Notes under the pieces: generated by a model
Databases searched by the model: none
Seen by the model: the letters and a program-made list of their open reading frames with translations, nothing else
What the model was told of the DNA's origin: nothing
Made by a program: the position numbers and the translations under genes
Assembly: GCA_048940445.1 (NCBI GenBank)
Contig: JBHLON010000019.1
Span: 1-64,000, forward strand
Length of the DNA stretch: 64,000 nt
Direction: 5' to 3'
DNA from: Promethearchaeota archaeon
Lineage (GTDB): Archaea; Asgardarchaeota; Lokiarchaeia; Sigyniarchaeales; SOKP01
Shown here: positions 59,523 to 64,000 of the stretch, in pieces
How the letters are laid out: each line of letters begins with the position of its first letter
Numbering within the stretch: the stretch's first letter is position 1

Positions 59523-62258
59523 TTATTGAGATTTTATCCTTCTCTTCCTCAACCAATATATACTTATTAACCCTATAATTGCTGCTGCAATTATTGTTGA
59601 AATGGTGATAGTTAAGGCTAAAGGAAATCCCTCAGTTGGTCTTCCTCCTCCTTTTAAAAGTGAAGCTGGATCTACCGCAATAAATGTTTCAAAATATTTA
59701 TCCTCATATCCTGAAATAGAAATGATCATTTTAAGTAGGATTGGATCCTCTCCAGGAACTACAGGTATTGCATCTAATGATACAAAATAGTATCCATTTC
59801 CAAGATTTTCAATATCAGCAGATACATCAATTCCATTCCACCACATCTGAATTGTTGCTGAATCTATTCCTTGATTAAATTCATTGAATATAAAAAACGT
59901 GAAATTAAAGTGTTGAGTTGAATAAAAATGTTCAGTTATTTCCACTTGTAAAAATTTAACTATTTCAGATGGTTCTACAGCAATGAACATTTCGAAATAT
60001 GTTTCCAAATGATAAGGTGCTGAGATTGTCATATTTAATAAGATTGGAGCTTCACCTGGATTTATAATTATCGGAGTTAATGATATATTATATAGTCCAT
60101 TTCCAAGTTCCGCAATGTTATTTGGAGCTACTTTGTTTCCATTCCACCACATCTGAAAATAAGGGTCAGAAATTGTAAGACCTATAATTTCACAGGAGAT
60201 CTTAATGATAACAGTAAATTCTGTAGTTGTGAACGATTCAGCAATTACTTCGATGAGAATACTAGGAGGCATATTAGAAATATATTGTAGTTTAATTATT
60301 GTATTGTTTCCCAAGTCCTCAATAAATTTTCCATTATTGCTAACTAATACATTTCTTTCGATAGTATTATTATCACAATTAGCAGAAGATATAGAGATTG
60401 CCCAATTTAAGTTATAATATACATAATTTTCCAGTATGGTGTTCTTGTCGCAATTCTCAACTAAATACACTCCATATTGTGAATTATTATTTATGACATT
60501 ATTCGAGATGGTCACATTATGACTATCATATAGATAAATCCCGTCTTCTGAATTGCTATTTATAACATTATGTGAGATAGTCACATTATTAGTACGATAT
60601 AAATAGATACCATTTGATGTGTGAGATGTATTTAAGTTCGATATGACTGAATTATTACAATAGAATAATAAGATTTGTCCGCCTCCTGTAAAATTGAGTG
60701 CACTTAACCCACTTTTATTTACATAATAATAAATAGATCTTTCATTTACAGTATTGTTTGGATAAATCATAAGTGAAGATAATTGATCAATTGAACCATC
60801 GACCATCAAGCCACATCCATTCATGTTGTTATCTGATAATTCTATTCTATAGACATTTACTAAATATATCCCATAATAATTATTGTTTAGAGTATTTCCT
60901 ATAATTGTTGTATTATCACAATCTCTCCCCTCTATAAATATTCCAGATTTTTGGTTGTTATTTACTTTATTTCCCGAAATAATATTATTATAGGATTCAT
61001 ATTGTAAATGTATACCTGATTCTTCGTTGTTATTAATTGTATTATTTAAAATGTTATTATCATCGCAATCATAATAGACTTCTAATCCATAGACATTATT
61101 GTTTACTATGTTTTCTAAAGCAGTGTTGTTGTTTGAATAATAACGTATTCTAATCCCATATATCGAATTATTCTCAAAGATATTATTCAAAACAATATTA
61201 TTATCGCAATAATAATAAATATATATCCCATATCCATTATTGGTAGCGGTATTTCCGAAAACTGTGTTATTATCGCAGTAATAGGTAATATATATCCCAT
61301 AATCCTGATTAGTAGCGGTATTTCCGGAAATTGTATTATTGTAGCAATATTCATCAAAAGCTATTCCCCACCAGCGATTGTTATCAACACTATTTCGAAT
61401 TATGGTATTGTATTTGCATCTATAAAGATAAATCCCCACATAATAATTATCATTTGCAGTGTTTCCCGAAATTGTATTATTATTGCTATTAGACGATATT
61501 GAGATCCCAAAATTATTGTCATTAACTATATTTCCCGAAATTGTGTTATTATTAGATTGGCCGGATAAAACCATTCCCCTATCGTCGTTATTCTTGACTT
61601 CGTTTTCCAAAATCGAATTATTATTACAATGTTGAGCTAAAACTATCCCACGTGCCGTGTTATAACTTGCTATATTTCCCAAGATGGTATTATCAGTACA
61701 ATTGATTTCTAATATTATTCCATGATTATCATTGTTATTTGCAGTATTATTCAAGAGTATATTATTATTACATTTATCATGCAAACATATTCCATTATAA
61801 TTATTATTAGAGCAGTTGTTGTCCACCAAATATCCATTAGATGTATGATTCAAAAATATTCCAGCATTATTCCCAGATCCTGAATTTGTCAATGTACAAT
61901 TCCTAATTATAAAAAAAGCACTTGAATTCTCTATTAATATCGCAGATCCCAACCCACCAGCGTCAATAGTGACATTCTCTATGATATGAGGATCATTTTG
62001 AGTTCCAGAATTAACTTGAATCCAATCAATGGAGCTCTCTGACCAATTATCATTTTTAATATGGATACGGGAACAATTCGGCCAAAATCCCGATTTCTTT
62101 AAATTTCCAAAATTATCTTTCTGGTGGTTCTCCTTTACTTCTTTCGTATTTACTTGATTATTGAATGTTATATAATTCTTGACACTTAAAAATGCAGTAA
62201 TTATCACTAAAGCTATAATAATTTTTTTTGTTTGATTTCTCATTATAAATCCCCCCAT
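59523..62258 (-). CDS. NosD/PbH1 parallel beta-helix cell-surface protein with two Ig-like modules and TM anchor
   Basis: Many N.ISGN...NN..GI repeats, QMWWNG module twice, TM plus RKRR. Confidence 0.9.
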   Translation of the reverse strand: MGGFIMRNQTKKIIIALVIITAFLSVKNYITFNNQVNTKEVKENHQKDNFGNLKKSGFWPNCSRIHIKNDNWSESSIDWIQVNSGTQNDPHIIENVTIDAGGLGSAILIENSSAFFIIRNCTLTNSGSGNNAGIFLNHTSNGYLVDNNCSNNNYNGICLHDKCNNNILLNNTANNNDNHGIILEINCTDNTILGNIASYNTARGIVLAQHCNNNSILENEVKNNDDRGMVLSGQSNNNTISGNIVNDNNFGISISSNSNNNTISGNTANDNYYVGIYLYRCKYNTIIRNSVDNNRWWGIAFDEYCYNNTISGNTATNQDYGIYITYYCDNNTVFGNTATNNGYGIYIYYYCDNNIVLNNIFENNSIYGIRIRYYSNNNTALENIVNNNVYGLEVYYDCDDNNILNNTINNNEESGIHLQYESYNNIISGNKVNNNQKSGIFIEGRDCDNTTIIGNTLNNNYYGIYLVNVYRIELSDNNMNGCGLMVDGSIDQLSSLMIYPNNTVNERSIYYYVNKSGLSALNFTGGGQILLFYCNNSVISNLNTSHTSNGIYLYRTNNVTISHNVINSNSEDGIYLYDSHNVTISNNVINNNSQYGVYLVENCDKNTILENYVYYNLNWAISISSANCDNNTIERNVLVSNNGKFIEDLGNNTIIKLQYISNMPPSILIEVIAESFTTTEFTVIIKISCEIIGLTISDPYFQMWWNGNKVAPNNIAELGNGLYNISLTPIIINPGEAPILLNMTISAPYHLETYFEMFIAVEPSEIVKFLQVEITEHFYSTQHFNFTFFIFNEFNQGIDSATIQMWWNGIDVSADIENLGNGYYFVSLDAIPVVPGEDPILLKMIISISGYEDKYFETFIAVDPASLLKGGGRPTEGFPLALTITISTIIAAAIIGLISIYWLRKRRIKSQ

Positions 62259-62345
62259 ATATAATTAGATTACATAAAATTATGTTAAATTAATATATAA
62301 CATTTTATTTAAAGAAATAATTTTATAGAGATGTGATGACGAATT

Positions 62346-63518
62346 ATGAGAAATTTTAATTATTACAATCCCACTCGAATTCAGTTTGGATGGGGGCGTA
62401 TTAATGAACTTGGAAGAATTGTAAAAAGAAATGGTGTAAAGTGTTTATTAGTTACAGTTAAACCTTTTCCTGCGATGAAAGATTTATTTGTAAAGGTAAA
62501 TCAGTTATGTCAAGAAGAAGGAGTAGAAACAATTCATTATGATGGTGCTATTCCCGAACCCACCGATGAATGTGTAGATAAAGGTTCTGAGATTGCAAAT
62601 GAAAATAAAGTAGAGGTAATCTTAGGAGTAGGAGGGGGATCAACCATTGATACAGCAAAAGCTATTGCGGTTGGAACCACGCATGAAGGAGGTGTTTGGG
62701 ATTATAGGATAGGCAAAAAGCGTATCGATGGTAAAAAAGTCCTTCCAATCATTGCAGTACCAACTACAGGCGGTACAGGAGCAGAGGTTACTAATATGGC
62801 AGTGATAAAGAATTCTAAAGACAAATTCAAATCTGCATTAGCTGATTGGAATCTTACTCCTAGTGTTGCTCTTGTTGATCCTGAACTTACATTAACCGTT
62901 CCACCACAAATTACAGCAACTACTGGATTTGACGCATTCACTCATTCATTTGAAACCTTTATAAATAAAAATTCTTCAGATTTTATAGATTTATACGCTC
63001 TGCGAGGATTAAAAAATGTCATTAAATATTTACCAATCGCTATTGAAAATGGTACAAACAAGGATGCAAGGGAAGCTCTTTCATTTGCCGCTACACTTGG
63101 TGGGCTCTGCATTTCAAATATAGGAACTACACTCCCTCACGGTATAGCAATGGCACTTGGAGGACATTCTTCCGGTATCAGCCATGGTCAGGGGCTTGCG
63201 ATTCTCTATCCGGAAGTTAATCGTTGGACTTGGAAACACGCAATTGAGAAATATGCTGCAGTTGGACGAATATTCAATCCTGCACTAGAAGAAAGTTCTG
63301 ATGAGATGGCTGCTGAAAAATGTTGTGATGAGATTGAATCATTCTTAAAGAGAATTGGATTATGGATAAGTTTGGAAGATAAGAAAGTATCTAAAGAGGA
63401 TATTGGAATGATTGCTGCTGATACACTTAATCTTCGTAATTATACACTTCATCCAAAAATAGCTAATTATGAAGAAATCTTTAATTTGATTAAAAAAAGC
63501 TTTAGAAGATATAATTAA
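62346..63518 (+). CDS. Iron-containing alcohol dehydrogenase
   Basis: GGGSTIDTAKA, PTTGGTGAE, DAFTHSFE, PHG, HGQG. Confidence 0.93.
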   Translation: MRNFNYYNPTRIQFGWGRINELGRIVKRNGVKCLLVTVKPFPAMKDLFVKVNQLCQEEGVETIHYDGAIPEPTDECVDKGSEIANENKVEVILGVGGGSTIDTAKAIAVGTTHEGGVWDYRIGKKRIDGKKVLPIIAVPTTGGTGAEVTNMAVIKNSKDKFKSALADWNLTPSVALVDPELTLTVPPQITATTGFDAFTHSFETFINKNSSDFIDLYALRGLKNVIKYLPIAIENGTNKDAREALSFAATLGGLCISNIGTTLPHGIAMALGGHSSGISHGQGLAILYPEVNRWTWKHAIEKYAAVGRIFNPALEESSDEMAAEKCCDEIESFLKRIGLWISLEDKKVSKEDIGMIAADTLNLRNYTLHPKIANYEEIFNLIKKSFRRYN

Positions 63519-63617
63519 ATGCTAAAATTTTTTCCTCTACAATTAGATATCTTACTAAATTGTAATTGAATTTACCTAGCTATAAATATTTTAGGAACAC
63601 TATTACTTACAAAATCA

Positions 63618-64000
63618 TTAAATTTTTAAGAATAAAGAAATAATTAACGCAATAGAAATCCCTAAAATGCTCAATAGTAATATAATCACAGAGGGATTCT
63701 TCTCATGAGCATCTGGTAATAACTCACTTGCTCCTAGGTATAAAAAACTTCCAGCAAAGAATGGAAGTATTAGGATTAAAATTACCTCGGGGAAACTTAT
63801 AAAAAAAGTAGTAACAACACCTAAAAAAGGAGTAGATGCATCAAGTAGTAAAATCCATATACTTTTTTTAAGTGAATTCCCAGTTGTAAGCATTAAAGTT
63901 GTTGTATTTAAACCATCAGAAAAATCATGGGATATTACCGCAATTGCAATAATTAAACCTACTGTGGGACTAAATTGGAATCCAACACCTATAGCAAAAC
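63618..64000 (-). CDS. ZIP-family metal transporter (5' part outside the window)
   Basis: FAIGVGF...AVISHDFSDG and AGSFLYLGASELLPDAH. Confidence 0.85.
   Translation of the reverse strand, partial: FAIGVGFQFSPTVGLIIAIAVISHDFSDGLNTTTLMLTTGNSLKKSIWILLLDASTPFLGVVTTFFISFPEVILILILPFFAGSFLYLGASELLPDAHEKNPSVIILLLSILGISIALIISLFLKI

Noticed and set aside
1-64000. Selenocysteine read-through/SECIS, tRNA, rRNA, IS elements
   Set aside because: No in-frame TGA at a catalytic position, and no cloverleaf, rRNA-like segment or transposase ORF seen by eye

Overview
AT-rich archaeal chromosomal segment, most likely from an Asgard archaeon (Lokiarchaeia-like). This is inferred from the archaeal-type LeuRS and aIF-1A, a stand-alone longin-like protein, TATA-type promoters, expanded beta-oxidation genes and C-terminally anchored surface proteins. 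Most of the window is metabolic and housekeeping: lpdA, glycerate kinase, acyl-CoA ligases, MDR and Fe alcohol dehydrogenases, URO-D-family methyltransferases, a CdhC-like gene plus cooC, leuS, a PAS histidine kinase, thiolases, acyl-CoA dehydrogenases and etfBA. I found no rRNA, tRNA, CRISPR array or transposase. Five observations stand out. (1) An unannotated 32-aa leader ORF with five consecutive Leu codons, followed by mutually exclusive RNA stems and a U-tract, sits directly upstream of leuS; this is a candidate ribosome-mediated attenuator in an archaeon. (2) A mu-homology-domain-like protein, a BBS2/FG-GAP-like beta-propeller and a longin-like protein are clustered, resembling coat/adaptor building blocks. 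(3) A Cys-rich MarR-arsM locus has a duplicated operator/promoter driving a 44-aa CC..CC mini-protein derived from the ArsM N-terminus. (4) A ~9.4-kb block of surface/membrane protein genes, each preceded by the same ~27-bp motif, is bracketed by two copies of a thiolase 3' end. (5) Three tandem cold-shock genes share a 3' element and converge on aIF-1A. All family assignments come from motif recognition by eye; no searches were run.
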